The notes under the pieces were generated by a model. The model did no database searches, had not been told where the DNA came from, and saw only the letters and a list, made by a program, of their open reading frames with translations. A program made the position numbers and the translations under genes. This document shows, one piece after another, positions 34,953 to 48,957 of a stretch of DNA of 64,000 bases. Each line of letters opens with the position of its first letter. Positions within the stretch are counted from its first letter, which is position 1. The DNA comes from Balanoglossus misakiensis (taxonomy: Eukaryota > Animalia > Hemichordata). Location of the stretch: NCBI GenBank assembly GCA_040954595.2, contig CM082588.2, positions 5,468,202-5,532,201 on the forward strand, in the 5' to 3' direction.

Positions 34953-37900
34953 GTAAGTGTATATGCAGTGTAGGTAGAATGATGTGTTGTGTATGTGTAA
35001 ATTATCACTCGAATCCCAAGAAAATATTGAAACCGATTCAATAAAACTTCGCACTGAAGTGATTAACATTCTAAACATTCTCGTTACAACATATAAAATT
35101 AGGTAGTGATGCCCACCAACCAAAGTGTACTCTATACCACTAAGTGAGAGTTCTCGTTTACTCTAATCCAAGTAAACGATTCGCCATTGTGTTTTTTAAG
35201 TTTTTATCACTCGCCTACTGGTTTTGTCAAACATTTGTCGGAATTAGGACGCTATAGGAATGAGGAATCCTTTGAAGACTCTGCGCTTCGTGAAATTGCC
35301 GGCCTAAAGAATGGCGACCGCAATTACGGGGATAGAAGCCATGTCTTTAGAGGGCTTGCTATCATCGTCTTCTTTTACGTTTTAATCAACATGAGCTGGA
35401 ATCTACAACTTGAATCGAACCACTTCGTCGGTTGTGATAAACCTGATAAATATATAATGATGGTAACGTTTTATCCTGTTTACTTGATGTAAACAATGTC
35501 AATGGTCGTTAAACACATACAGGCTAGGTTGACATGTTGAGTACTGGGTATTTTAGCATGCCGTTTGGAGTAGAACAAGAAATGCCATTTGGTACATAGA
35601 ACAAAAATGCTGAAAATAAAGCCAAACAATACAGCTAAAGTTCCTTTGAAGGAATTGCTAATCAGCTTATGACAACGATGGCAACCTATTCAGCACACAC
35701 ATTCAAAAGCCGTCCACATAATGTTATCTAGACCCCTTGCTTCCCAAACATTGATATTCGCGAAGTCGATTTGAAGCGCTCGTGTGTTATCTCAAAAATG
35801 TATACCCTGAACGCCGGGGGACGTTTCTATATACAGAGGAAGTAAAACTAGTTCAGCTGTGTCACCAATATTATCACAGAGAGTAGAATTTTCTCTGAAC
35901 ATCAGTTTATATTCATTGAAAACGAATTGTTGCCAGTTCTTATTAAGATAAGTAGAAATTGATCTTCCCAGTGATATGGTGTACCACGAAACCATAGAAA
36001 CCACGGAAACCTCGAGATTGTATATCTGTTGAATTCGTTGGGGGTCAATAATGCTGATTCAAAACTTTAAATGTTCAGTATCATGATAAATAACATCACA
36101 GTGTTGCGTTATGCATGTGTGTTGCTTTACTTGGAAATTGTTTTGTCATGATGGTACGCCCGTTTTGTAAAATACTGTTTATGTATTTCCTGTTGGTAAT
36201 TGCCTTTACAAAATCATGCGAATCTACTGATGAGTGTTTTAAGTGTAGTCTGCATGGATTGTGGTTTCGCGCGTACAATGGCTGTGTATTTGGCGCTGGC
36301 ATCACATGCGGCGGTGAAGTCAGCCGGCTGTGACTAGTTCTAATAGTGTTCTGCACGACGCGTCCCTGTCATGTAAAAAACAATCAACAGACGAATTAGT
36401 CAGATCACGCACGTGCCACACAGACTCCCCAGGTTATTATCTCTGTGAACACAACACAGTTTCGCCCATAGTACACCTGGATTGGATTATTTCAACCGTA
36501 AATTAGTTTGCCCGAATAAAAAAAAATGTCGACAGGTAATGAACCGGCAATTCGAATTGTTCGCTATACCAGTACTAATTGAATTACCGTATGCTAACAT
36601 CTGAGTGGCCCAGCACTATTAACTCAACCAATTTAGCCAACTGATACGACAGTTAACCACTTTAAACGTGCCAATCACGTTGTAGATTAAAATCAAATTT
36701 TATTGACTTATCCCATAACATCAGCGGAATACGTAAAATCCGATAACACTTAAAAACCTAAATCCTTAGATTGGATAAACGTATTAAGTAACAATTATTT
36801 AATTAATACAATACACTAATTGTGTTTTATATATCTACCGACTTTAATAGCTGCAAAGCTGTTTGATAGTATAAAGCGGTTTTGCACATTTTAATCACGG
36901 ATCATTTCTTAAATACTCCCAAAATGAAAATATAAAGAGGATAAAACCATGGGAAAATTGAAAAACAGCATCCTTTGGTATTTTATTGGAAATACCAATT
37001 TTGTTTATTGCTTTGCAATTGGCAGGGTTTCCATCCGACCGATCCCCCCCCCACCCCAACCCCAAGCCCCGAAGGAAGTGGTATCGGTGTATCAGTAACT
37101 ACCCATCGTTCTAGAATTGCGCGATTTTTACTTCGCTACTGGATATTAATGGTTGTTTCAATCAGGAAGAAAGGGGGATCGGCGCATCATTTTCTCTCGG
37201 CCCCGGGGAACAATGCATCTCATTCGCCTTGACCAGCTGCCGACAAGAGCAGTCATTTTACATAAATGCCCAGCACGCTTCTATGGCCTACGTAAATGCA
37301 TGAGAAGGCGCTCGTTCACCTTAACTCGCCTTCTGCGTTAGGTAAATACACTTTTTTTTCTGGCAAGGAAATCTTGTTAAAAAGTGCAAATATAAACCAG
37401 GACATTCTGCTGCCTGTTCAAGTCTCATGTCGCTGGAAACGCTCAGACGTTTTAAGAAATGGCCATTTTTCGGCTGACTCGCTGGTCGTTGAGGGCGCGC
37501 GGTACCATTTCACACCCACATCTTAATGACGTAGTACAAATCCCCAAAGGTCCGAGTTAACGCAAGTATATGGTTAAACAAATTAAACACTGAATAATGA
37601 TTTCCCCGAGTGACTATAAGCAAATTAATGAAGGCGTGTCGCTGTGAGTGTCATTCGGGGCAAAAAACAAATCTCTATATCTCTTTCATAGCCCCTCGAC
37701 CCGTACAATAAAGTTTGTGAAGATTGTTATATAAGTATTCCAACACTATATTTCATATTCTACGAACAGTCTTGCATTTCTAGGGTTGATTTTCATTTTT
37801 GTGAATGCGCCTGGCTGTTTGTCGCCCCCACTCCGTGGAGACTCGCAAAGTCTCCAGCCTCGCGTCTCCCTCTCTCCGGGTAATTGGCTGTATGCACGCA

Positions 37901-38104
37901 CTTCATCCCAATCGTCGCAGTTCCCCCAATAAAAACACACCCAGTCTCGCGAACGCGGATTAACATCACCCGGATGCAACCAAGCGCACCTTCTAACCGG
38001 AGCACCGCTTTGTCGCCATCTTGCAGTCGGTGTGGCGGCTGTGATCAGGGACTGAGAAAGCAAGAGCACGGATGATATTATAGACTGCATCTCAAAGAAA
38101 CAAA

Positions 38105-41100
38105 ATGGCACCTTTAAGTAACGAGTCGGGTAACTTCTCGGTGAATCTGGTGCAGGAACTGGAGGCGGGTCTGCCGATGAACATGGTGATACAGATCTTG
38201 CTTATACTGATTGTCGGGCTCATCGCTAACATCACCGGATTGGCCCTCTTGGTGCGCTACTCCCTGCCGACGTCTTTCATGCCACTGTTTTTGGTGAAAG
38301 TATTGGCTTGGGTGGACACGCTGTCTTTGGTTAGCTTCATCGTCAGAACGGCCGTTAGCCCCGCACTGAACGCGATGGGACCGTCTGTCTTGTGCAATAC
38401 AAACGGTTTCACCAACGGACTGTTTCCGTACGCGTCGGGGTTTATCGCGACCCTGATGTCGATTGAGCGGTGCATAGCCCTGACAAAGCCAATGTACTAC
38501 CAGACCTACGTCACCAAAAAGGCGACAATATTAATGCTGGTCCTGGCGATGGTTCTGGCCGTCTTCATTAACGGACTGCCCTTAATTGGGATCGGCTCCT
38601 TCTACGAAGTCGCCGACGGCGAGGTGAAGTGCAAATATGCTTGGTTTCCAAATTCCAGCAGCGGTGATTTGGTCCATTTCGTTGCGTACTTGTTCTGGGG
38701 CATCGCCATGGTGGTCATCACCGTGTGCTGCAACATCGCAGTGATTCGGGAACTGCACGACATGAAGAACCGAGTTTTCGCACTCGGAGAGGGCGATTCT
38801 CTGAACAGTCAAAGTTGCAGCAACGCAGGTGGAACGCGTCATCACCGACAGTTAAAGAGCAACAATTCCCGCCAAGTCAGGTTTGCCAAAATGATGATTG
38901 TAATAGCGGTAATCTTCACTGTATGCTGGCTACCGTGGATGGTAAGTGTATACGCAATGTATATGCCCATCAGACGTGTAAAGTATCGTCTAAATCCCAA
39001 ACATTTCAGATATGCATTAAATTTAGGATCGTGGCAACGGTTAATAATCTCCTTGACGTAGTTTATTTTAGAGTGTTTGTTGCCTGAACATACATATTTC
39101 TCTGTATGTTCTTGAAAGACGAATGGACGACATATGATTTTTCTGCTGATATACTTTACTATGTCGCCTTGCTTTCGGCTGAATTTATATATCGGCGGTG
39201 TTCCGAGAACAAAAACACTCTTCATTCAAACTCTACCCGCTCTGTAAATGCACACGGAAACATTGAAAAGCTTTCAGCATATGTAATTTGGGTCCATTGA
39301 TGTCCTTGTGTTGGTATTCTCCAAAAGAGGCAATTGTTCGCTTGACTTTCCTAAAACACGTCACTCTGACTTTGATGGGGGTACGTACCGCTTGCAATTT
39401 GCACTGTTTTGTTGAGACCTATAGGAATAATATCAACAGCGTTTGAGGAGAGTATCGCGGAACGGCCATGATTACCCGGCAAAAGCTGTGTCTCAGGCTG
39501 ATACAGCCATCATGTCAATTTAATTGGATTGGATTTTGAGATGGCAGGTGATAGCACGCATTTACTAGAATGGTTCACGACCATTGCTGAAATGAAAAGC
39601 GATTTATAGCACATGTAACAGGCAATTATTTTTCGACACGTCGAGGCCGGTGAGATGCCAATGAGAGTTGGGGGTGAACATCTGCAGTGAAGGAACATTA
39701 ACTGTAACTCTACGACCATGACAGATGATGACTCATTTGAAAGGTCTTGTAAGTAGGATTGGGAATATTTACTCAGGATGCGACAGATTGGATCTATTTT
39801 GACATAAACGGTAACCCTGAAAGTCAGAGTGTTTTCATCAAAGGACAGATCATGTCACCAATCATCGTTTTACAGTCGATGGTACTTAACTAATGATCAC
39901 AATGATGAAAATCGACTCTCGTACAGTTACCTCGTTTCTGGGGACAAATGCGTGGTTTCTTGCACCTTTCCTCCCTCCATACTTGTCGATTTCTGCGTTA
40001 ATACATCGATTCAAGCAATGATCAGAAGCATGTGCCCCACTGCAGTCAGTGATCTTGATTCCAGGGAATTGGGAATTCATTATTGAACGTGAAAATCCCC
40101 TGCCGGTAAGGTGTTGTACATGACACCGCCAAGAAAAGACCAACCGCGCAGTCGGTACACTCATTAAGTCTCCTGCCCTTCACTTTGTACACCAGCTGCA
40201 TGTGCCCCACTGCAGTCAGTGATCTTGATTTCAGGGAATTGGGAATTCACTATTGAACGTGAAAATCCCCTGCCGGTAAGGTGTTGTCCATGACACCGGC
40301 CAAGAAAAGACCAACGGTCTCCTGCCCTTCACTTTGTACACCAGCTGCAAATTCGTAGTCTTTAAATGATTACCGCCAATCATTTACCCATGGAGTCACA
40401 AGGCGCCTAAAACAAGATAGATGTACTAATGTCTGGTTCTGTGATTAATCGCCGGTTAAAGGGTCGTTGGTGGCCTGTACTGGCTCGGTGGTCGATCGTT
40501 GTGAAAATAGGTGTACACGGCGAGGGCAGAAAGTCGGGTCGCGATCGTTCGAAATATCAAAATGATTGCATGGATACGCTCTCCTTTGCTTCTGTGAATG
40601 GCCTTAGGCTAGTTTATGTGACGCAGTTGTGAGTACCTGTGCCCCGGTGGAGTTCCTTTGATAGAAGCCTTAATTCGCTCGCGCGTGAAGGGTTCATTCA
40701 CGAGCTTGACATTAAAATTGTGGAGACGTATTAACCTGAAAATTACAGTAACTTCAATTACATGTTGCCGTTCTGGCTGCAAAGTTGAACTGAAAATGCT
40801 ATTGCTTTTAAAGGGCAGAGTGTCGGACCATGATAGTTATATGTTTTTTTGTTCGATAAACGTACCCAGTTTCCGATCAAGAGGTATATAAGTCAAATCA
40901 AATTTAGCATCGCTCAAAGTTAGTTTTTTATTCAATAAAAATAATAATGAGGGTCTTTAATCTAACATTTATGCACTTTTCCATTGAAAGATCAATTTCA
41001 AAATTTCCCTTTGACTACCATGGGTTTTTTTCAAAGGAATTTCGTAATTTATGTTTGGGCTGACATTGATAATGAGTATTTCCATACAAAAATCCGATTT

Positions 41101-41716
41101 TATCTTCGTTTTCGAAAATTGAGATTTCTATGTCGTTGTGCTAAGCTCATTAAAATTGTAAAGTTCGGATACTAAGCTTTGTTAAAATAAATGGTCTGTG
41201 GGCGATTCATGTTGTCTTTGAGAAATACGACGTCCAGGTCTTTGTAAAAATAAATAATGCAGGTAATCATGCAGAGAACTTGAAATGAACTCACTTAAGA
41301 ATTCGGTCTGTCGTCATCTCATCAGGAGTCTAATGAACCTTGTTATGAATAACAGCTGAGTCTCATCAAGAATTTGATATCAAACATGAAACGAAGCGCT
41401 GCTAAAAAGTACGGATTCGTTCCATTAGCCGCATTTGCAGAAGTTAATTAATCAATTATGAAATCTGTTCTTTTACCTCCGTAATGATAGTTTTACGCTG
41501 ATCAGAGATTCTTCTTATATGTTGACCGCCATTCCAGCAATCGTGCCTTAATAGGATTGAAAATACAATTATATTACTTTTGTAACTATACTCCCGATGT
41601 CCAATGCATCTGACGTCACATGTAGATTCCGAATGAATTAATGGTCGAGTCAATGTTTAACGATAACTCATTTGTATTACTTGGCATTTTGTGAACACTG
41701 CTAATCACAACTAATA

Positions 41717-41803
<87 letters not shown>

Positions 41804-44800
41804 GTGACGATGATGTACCTTGTATAACCAAGCCAGAAAAAAATACGAATGCAGTTATTATTTTCATATAAGTAATCGAAAACGAAATATTATATACAAG
41901 CTTAATGTAGACCAGAGCCGATGTTTGCTTGGTTTGCAGCGCCAGTGAGTAAACCTTTGAATACATTCGCTTGCTTAAGGTTCAGAAAGGGCAGTTCGAC
42001 GTCATTTATTTCTTCAATTGCCTCTTCACTTTAACAGTTTCAATAAAACATCGTTTATAGTTACTCTAATGTGGTACACACCACTCGTCGAGATGAAACT
42101 TGTTTGCTGCGCCGGGATATAGTAAAGCTGCAATTACAGATCTTGCCTGTAGTGTATTGGCTCTGAGTCCACAGATTCGATTGCGCCTTGCTAGTGCCTG
42201 CAAATGATGACTTGAATGCGTCACAGACACATAGCCAACACTCTTTGTAGCCATTGCATGCGCTATACAATGGCGATAATAATAAGAATAATTAAGGTAA
42301 TATATATTCGAAGAACTGATATGATGACGATTTTAAAGCAAATTGCCAACGACGTTAAATGAACCAAGCTTTGATACAATTGCACTCTAATTTAACTCAT
42401 TTTCTATAGCATCGACAAAAATCGATGCATGTTTCTTCAGAAGAAAAAAAATCGTTTTAAATCTTGTTTGCTCAATATGTTTCCAATTCACGTCAATTTC
42501 CATTCATATTAGGTGAAGATTTGTAAATTGGAAGATGATTGTTATCAGACACTAATAGAGTTTCTGTAATACTTTTAGGGACCCCAGACGTTAAGACATG
42601 CTAAATCTGATTTTAGATGTTAACACGAGTCAAAATCATCGCAAGCAACCATATGCAGGTCCTCAGCAACCAGCGCAATATTAATTGCTCTGACCACAAA
42701 TAAAATAGTGGTGATACATTTGGTCATGAAATAAATCAACTTAAACACGCATATTCCTAGAAACCGTCACCCTTCCCTTCCCTTAGCAACCAATGTACAT
42801 TCAGTATTGTGGCAAAACAACACCACACATATATAGGCAACGTTAACGAGCATAACAATGCGAATGCTTCGAGGACTAGAAGACAAAATTGAAGTCGTTC
42901 GAACACACAACTGAAGAAAAAATAGCCAAGAATTGCAGTTTATGACCTTTAATAATTCATTATTTGCCCAACTAATGAGGTATATTTTCCAAAAGCTTTA
43001 CAATTTCAGATCATCCATACAACTCGAAACAATCAGCTGTTCCGTCTAATGGATTATATATTTAGTTCCAAGGCATCGTTTGTTGGTTTGTTTCGTGACC
43101 TATGATATTTTCTCCTACGTGTGTCCACGCTCTCTGGGAAAAGTTTTCCTCGTTGCTGAATGTTTCAATAAAATGTCTCAGTCTGCGTTTGGCCTGTAAA
43201 CGTGGATATCAGATGGAATGGCTCTCAGTGTAGAATTGAAACACATATTTTGGTTCTGTATATATGTATAGGTGTCAAGTATGTTTTCCATGTTGTGTGC
43301 CTTACAGCTTTGCAAATAACGAGGTCATGATGTGTTGTTTCGTGCGGAGAAATGGAAATTGAGTAAAATAAATCGGATACAGTACTTTTTCGATCCAAAC
43401 TATTCCAGATTACAAAGAATTATGGGGAGGGGATCACATATTAGCATGCTCTCAGCTTAGTGAAGGCAAGTTCGTAAACATTTCGATCACAATTATCTAT
43501 AATACGCGTAGCGCCCTAAAGCGAGAGGTTCTGGATCAGGATGACAATTTGTTATTATATCCACTATTTCAAGGGCATAATCTACTTTACAGAAAAGAAT
43601 ATGGCGTATTTGCTGACACAATTCAAGGGAAATTGAAAGAACATGGTTTGACTTATAAGACAGCGAGCCCAAACCGCTGTTCTGAGCCACACTGCATTCT
43701 GAACAATCAAACTTGCATTTAATACTATAAACCCCGAAACTCGCAGAATTCGTGACATAGCTATAGGTAGGCTATTGTACGTGTTTTCATCGGCATATAA
43801 CTCTAAACTACAATGTGTTTACGATGGCAGAGTTTCCAATAGACAAACCCAACATTTTTCCCCCGCGGTCAAATCGTGACATGGAAACATTTATGCTTGT
43901 ACATTTGTGATAGATGGGTAGGATGAATGCAGGGACTGCAATACTCAGTTTGCTACTTTCGTTGTTGCATTTGAAAACATCCACAAAATGCAAATCGTGT
44001 CGCCAGTGTGATCCTTTGTTATTCAAATTTTCAGAAATGTGGTTGTACGAGGGTCAAACCTAAAAATAGATCTGAACACCGTTTTCAAAACACGAGCGCT
44101 TCATTAACGTCTTACAAATATATAAGTGAAAGCGCTGATCTGATTTCCTAATTGGAACACCCTCCTTGGCATACAAGTGATGTGTTATTACCGAGAGGGT
44201 GATATTTATATTAGCCTGCTTAGATTGAATGACGTTAATGGTTTGTATTACCCCCAGGGACAAACCCTAGTTGCACCCTATGTAGAACGCAAACGCCTTA
44301 ATTGTACATTCAGATTACTCGGGGTGCTTCTCAGAATTGCTTGTGAACTGATGGCTTAGATGCGAGTGTCCGTGTCTTACACGCCATTACTGATGTTATG
44401 GGAGAACTATTTGAATTCAACTATCAAAGCCATGCACCCCCTCATAGAAAATGAGGTGACACTCAGAATATTGTCACGTGTTGGTAGACGGATCAGTCTG
44501 CACGCACGTACGCTTCCAAAACATGTAGTTGATGAGTCAATGTTTCCACATCTATATCGAAACCTTTTCAATGAAATGAGATCGAACATCAACAGAAGGA
44601 GACCAACTACCTGTTTAGTCTCTAGCACCCCGTCTTCGAAGATCTCGCCATGAGCGAAAATCATCTACAAAAAAATGCGAAAGTAAACGATGTTCGCCGG
44701 TGTACAGGTATCGCGCATCATCGCTCTTTAATTCCGAGAGCCGATATTGCTCCCCGGTGACTTAAATCTTTCACGAGTCTTTTCGTAAATGTCATGACGT

Positions 44801-47800
44801 GCACAAATAAATCTCTTTACAGGTTTCCTTCTGGTGAAAATCACGTGTGTTTACAGTTAACGTGTCTTTGTCGAGTATGCGAGAGTTCGGCAATTAGTAT
44901 GGAAAGGTCAAAAGTAGGCGAATCTCTGCGGCGATATTGAAATATGATGTTTCTTGATTTCACTTTGCTCACAATACCACATGAAATATTTCGATCATGA
45001 TCAGGGGCCTCTTGAATATCCATAGCTGCAACTTTTTGGCCATTTTTCAGTATTTTCATGATTGTATTCTATTTCAACTACAATGTCGTGTTCTAGCATA
45101 AAGAAATAGCCGGTATTTTTCTAGAAAGCATGTGTGTGTACTAACTATTGCCGCTTTTATACAAATGTCCAGACTCATATGCAAAGAAGTATACCTGTTG
45201 AACGCAACAAGATTTTGGTGACAAGCTTAGTGTTGGTCCTTTTATCGTCACGGTGCTTCAGGAATACTTTATACGTCAAAACTGCCGCGGACGATACACA
45301 AGTAACAAAAACTACTAAAATAGTCAATTTTACACCGATGGAGGTATGGATTATATTGATTGAAAAGAGATAATGATGCCTGATCTATTTCGGGCTGCTT
45401 TTGTCAGTATTGCATCCCTATTTGTACCTATCACAACCGGAAAATATTGACGCTCTAAATGGCTGCATGAATGGAACAGGAATTCGTCAAATGGCACATC
45501 GTGCGTAATGCCATGCTGTTTACAGCTTCCCCTGTGCCATCTCTTAACACGTTTCCCTCGGGCAAAGCTCATGTATGTTTTTGCCTTAGATGTATGCGCG
45601 AATACGGCGGTGAACATCTAAAGATCAAATTTCCGCTTATCGGTATGGGGTGTGGCGAGAAATCAATTGGCATATGCATGCACACAGCATATAACTTGAC
45701 GTGGTGCATAAAGGTAAATGCTATGATTCGTCAAAATCACTATCGTTAATATGCACGGCTGTCGACAGTGAGGTAATTGTATAGTAGTTACTATAAACAC
45801 ATTAAACTTGAAAGGCAAAAAAGTGTTCTGGAAACTACTAGTAACTGAATGTGTTTTTTTCTAGCTCTGTTTTGTCGTCAATTTGTTGTTTTTCAGGAAT
45901 GGGACCCACTAGTATGTCTCTATGACTTTTGCGAAAAGATAACAGAATAAACTGCGTCAATTCTTTATATATTCGGGTGCGTGCTCGTCCCTTTGATGTC
46001 GGTCAAATTACCTCTGACGTTTCCTAGTGACATTGCTGTAGAACCCATTAATCGGGCATGTAAAAATTGCAGAGGGTTAATAAATAAATGTAGTTATATG
46101 GCCTTCTGATGTACCTCTTTTAATGTTAGTTTTTCTGGCCGGGGTTATAGGCGTTTGGGGGCTCGAAAACTAATCACCGAGGACGATTCCTTCTAATCGT
46201 ATCTCTTGGTCCACGTGATTTTGTGAGAGGCCACGCGTTGGTAATATGCTGTACATTTATGGGTTCATCGTCCGCTATCACGGCGTTTTGGTTATCGACA
46301 TAATCGTTTGCCTTGATATTCACGCAAATTAAACACTGTAATTTCGTGTGAACACCCCGGATGGGGTTTTTGCCCACTTAGGCTGACTTGTTCGGATTGG
46401 TTTCCTAGGATACATGTACCTGTCAAGTAAAATAAACTGTATGAAAGTAGAACAACTTCCACCTGCTATACGCTTCGGCCATTTAGTCTGATCCACGTTT
46501 GCTAAAGCAAGGGTATAATCAAGGGGGATTCAACATTATGTCGTTCTCGTTGCACGTTAGAACACCTGCTCATTGTTTTGGAGTTTTGCTCATTCACTTG
46601 GAAGTGATAATGCCGTGGGTCATGTGGCCAGATCACGTGATTGATATTAACGAATCGATGGTCAGTACATTCCTTCTGTGCAACTCAAGCCGTGTTCACA
46701 GTAGATGGCTCTGCCACCATAGAAGTTGTTGTAATACAACTGTCGTGCAAAGCCCTTCAATCACATCATCGACTACCCGGATCACTGTGAAATATTGAGC
46801 ATGTATCATGTAAGATGATGACACGTGATCATAAGCAATTATTTTAATGGAACCTGAAGTAGCGGTAATTGTTGTTATTGAGGAAGTAAGATTGTTGCAT
46901 CGAGACGGGATTGTGTGTCATGTAATGTGATTCTCGGAACGTTTTATGTGCCCCCAAACTCTGCGACACAGTCTCTACAATTTGATATTTGAGTATCAAA
47001 TGGCGAGCTTTCTATCATAATACAGAGTTTGTACTTTACGAATTGTAGTCTGCTGAAGGTTTCAATGCACGCCATGTTACGCGCATGATGCATCGGTAAT
47101 ATGACACCGTAACCGAGCCATCAGCTATTGGCAATCACTGTAGAGCAAATTACCAGGTGCATGAAACAAGTACAAAAATTGACATTTGCAATATGGTCAT
47201 CTTGAAACGCTCTTAATGTGTGTTAAGTGGTGGTGGTACCAGGTGTCCGCAAAGGATTACATATACTAATCTCTGACTTGTATGTGGAACAGATTTACCA
47301 GTTCAATTGATAAAGATTACAAAAATATAAGTCTCCTTCGCCAGGCGCAAGACTCGAATCTTAATTCATTCAGCAACAGCAAACGTTGTAAGAACCAATG
47401 CTGCCCTGACAATAGCTGTAAGGCGACTCAATGTAAGAAGTCAATGTAAAGGGGCATTTATCTATTTCGCTGTAGAATCTAACGGTTGAGTAATACTCCA
47501 ACTCTATTTGCCACTTACGTCTCCTTTTAATCCCTATACTTATGGCAGGTGGCATTATACTGTCGATAACCCATCAGCTTATGATGTACAATGTATTCAC
47601 TTCTCAACTCCTGGGATACACTTGTGTGTTCACTTTTGTATGTCACGTAGGCCTACCTTATTAACACACAAAGGTAGTGGGGCAGGGATTGCCAGAAAGA
47701 TTAGTTAGAACGTGTACGTGCGATGGCAGACGTCGCTTCGATATTGTCCCTTTATTTGCATAAATTAAGCTAATTGCAACGTGCGCATATGTACGTCATG

Positions 47801-48846
47801 ATTATTTAGCAGCTTTTAATAAACATGATAACATGTGTCTGCTGTCCATAATTGGGCAGGGAGACAAACAAACAAACAGACGGACAGACAGACAGACATG
47901 GACGGAGGTGAGCTTATTGTCAGTCAGTGTAGGCAGTAGTCGGTACATGCACTGTGGGGCTTGTGCGTGACGGGACCAATCTGTTCCTGGAAACAGGCAA
48001 TAACTTCGACTCCCACGCACAGCATGTGTACCACCATCGTAAGACATATTACGGCCTATTGAGTTGTGTGCGTAGTTGAACATGTCTGAACCTTACGACC
48101 TGCGGGAACTAATATAGGCTGTATAATGATACAACCACAGTAACCTCGATAAGAAAATTGTAATTTACGACGAAGAAGTCTCAAGCGGATTTTTCCGCAT
48201 TCCCTTGGCAGGTCAGCGAAAATGGTTGCGACCTTGTTTGATTGAAAACGAGCCGTAGAACATTTGCTTATATAGCTTGGTATGGTTGGTTTCTGAGTCG
48301 TGGGCGGCAGTGCAACACATTAAATGCTGTAGTTATAAATTTGCACGATATTTGAAAAATACCAGACTATGGAAAACGTATATTTCTCTCGGGTGTATGA
48401 GTAAAACCGAACGGCTATTTCTGAGCTTTTCTATGAACGTATAGCTATTCTAATTGACACCTAGGCCTACAGCAGCGTTGGTTATGGGAGAGTCTGTCAT
48501 GATGATGTTATTTTAAAGGCAATGGCTTGCCCCGGGCTCCACAAACGAAGGACATGCTAAAGCGTGTGTTTTTTTCTTCTTCATTATTTTTCAGATAACT
48601 ATTACCTTAAAAAAATGCGGGATGACTACATCATTTGAAGGAGACCAACTAACGACCAGAATGCTCCTGGCAAATCACGCCATCGATCCCTTCATTTACG
48701 TCATGATGTGGAAGAGCATGCGCAGGAGAGTAGCTCGTGTCCTATGCCAGTCCTTCTCCATATTTGGCTGTGTTGGCTGCGTGTGTTACTGCGAACCAGG
48801 TCACAGGCAACAGCAACGAGGTAATAATAGTACACAGCAGCAATGA
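38105..48846 (+). CDS. Prostanoid-receptor-like (EP/TP-like) class A GPCR: TM1-TM6 exon copy B (38105-38941) plus TM7/C-tail exon (48595-48846), 362 aa
   Basis: Same motifs as copy A. Phase-0 donor at 38941 joins the acceptor ttttcag|ATA at 48595. The last exon reads ITITLKKCGMTTSFEGDQLTTRMLLANHAIDPFIYVMMW..., with the TM7 Arg and DPxxY typical of prostanoid receptors, and a Cys-rich tail. Confidence 0.88.
40028..40349. repeat. Tandem duplication, ~170-bp unit, two copies; the second has a ~20-bp internal deletion
   Basis: GCATGTGCCCCACTGCAGTCAGTGATCTTGATT... begins at 40028 and again at 40198; both copies end ...CTTCACTTTGTACACCAGCTGCA. Confidence 0.92.
41716..41815. repeat. (GAT)n microsatellite
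   Basis: Direct reading of the sequence. Confidence 0.97.
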
Positions 48847-48957
48847 GTAATTTCGGTTGTAATCTATCAGACACGCACGATTCAAAATCATGCATAGTGA
48901 TGGATTATCAGTATCAGTTTAGTCTGGAATCAGTTATGCATTCAGAAAGTGCTATGG

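Noticed and set aside
34953-34973. GPCR copy A as a complete six-TM protein ending VSVYAV*
   Set aside because: This extension starts at a perfect GTAAGT donor shared with copy B, so it is read-through into the intron; the same applies to 38942-39061.
36096-36356. Minus-strand ORF faintly like a LINE ORF2 C-terminal tail (ARNHNP..L)
   Set aside because: No reverse-transcriptase motifs nearby; similarity too weak to call by eye.
41616-41966. ORF with a hydrophobic stretch plus poly-Ser resembling a secreted protein
   Set aside because: Poly-Ser is the (GAT)n repeat; no splice or motif support.
42000-48500. Possible third GPCR variable exon or nested gene in the long intron
   Set aside because: No ORF over 100 aa and no TM-rich or recognisable motif-bearing ORF on either strand.
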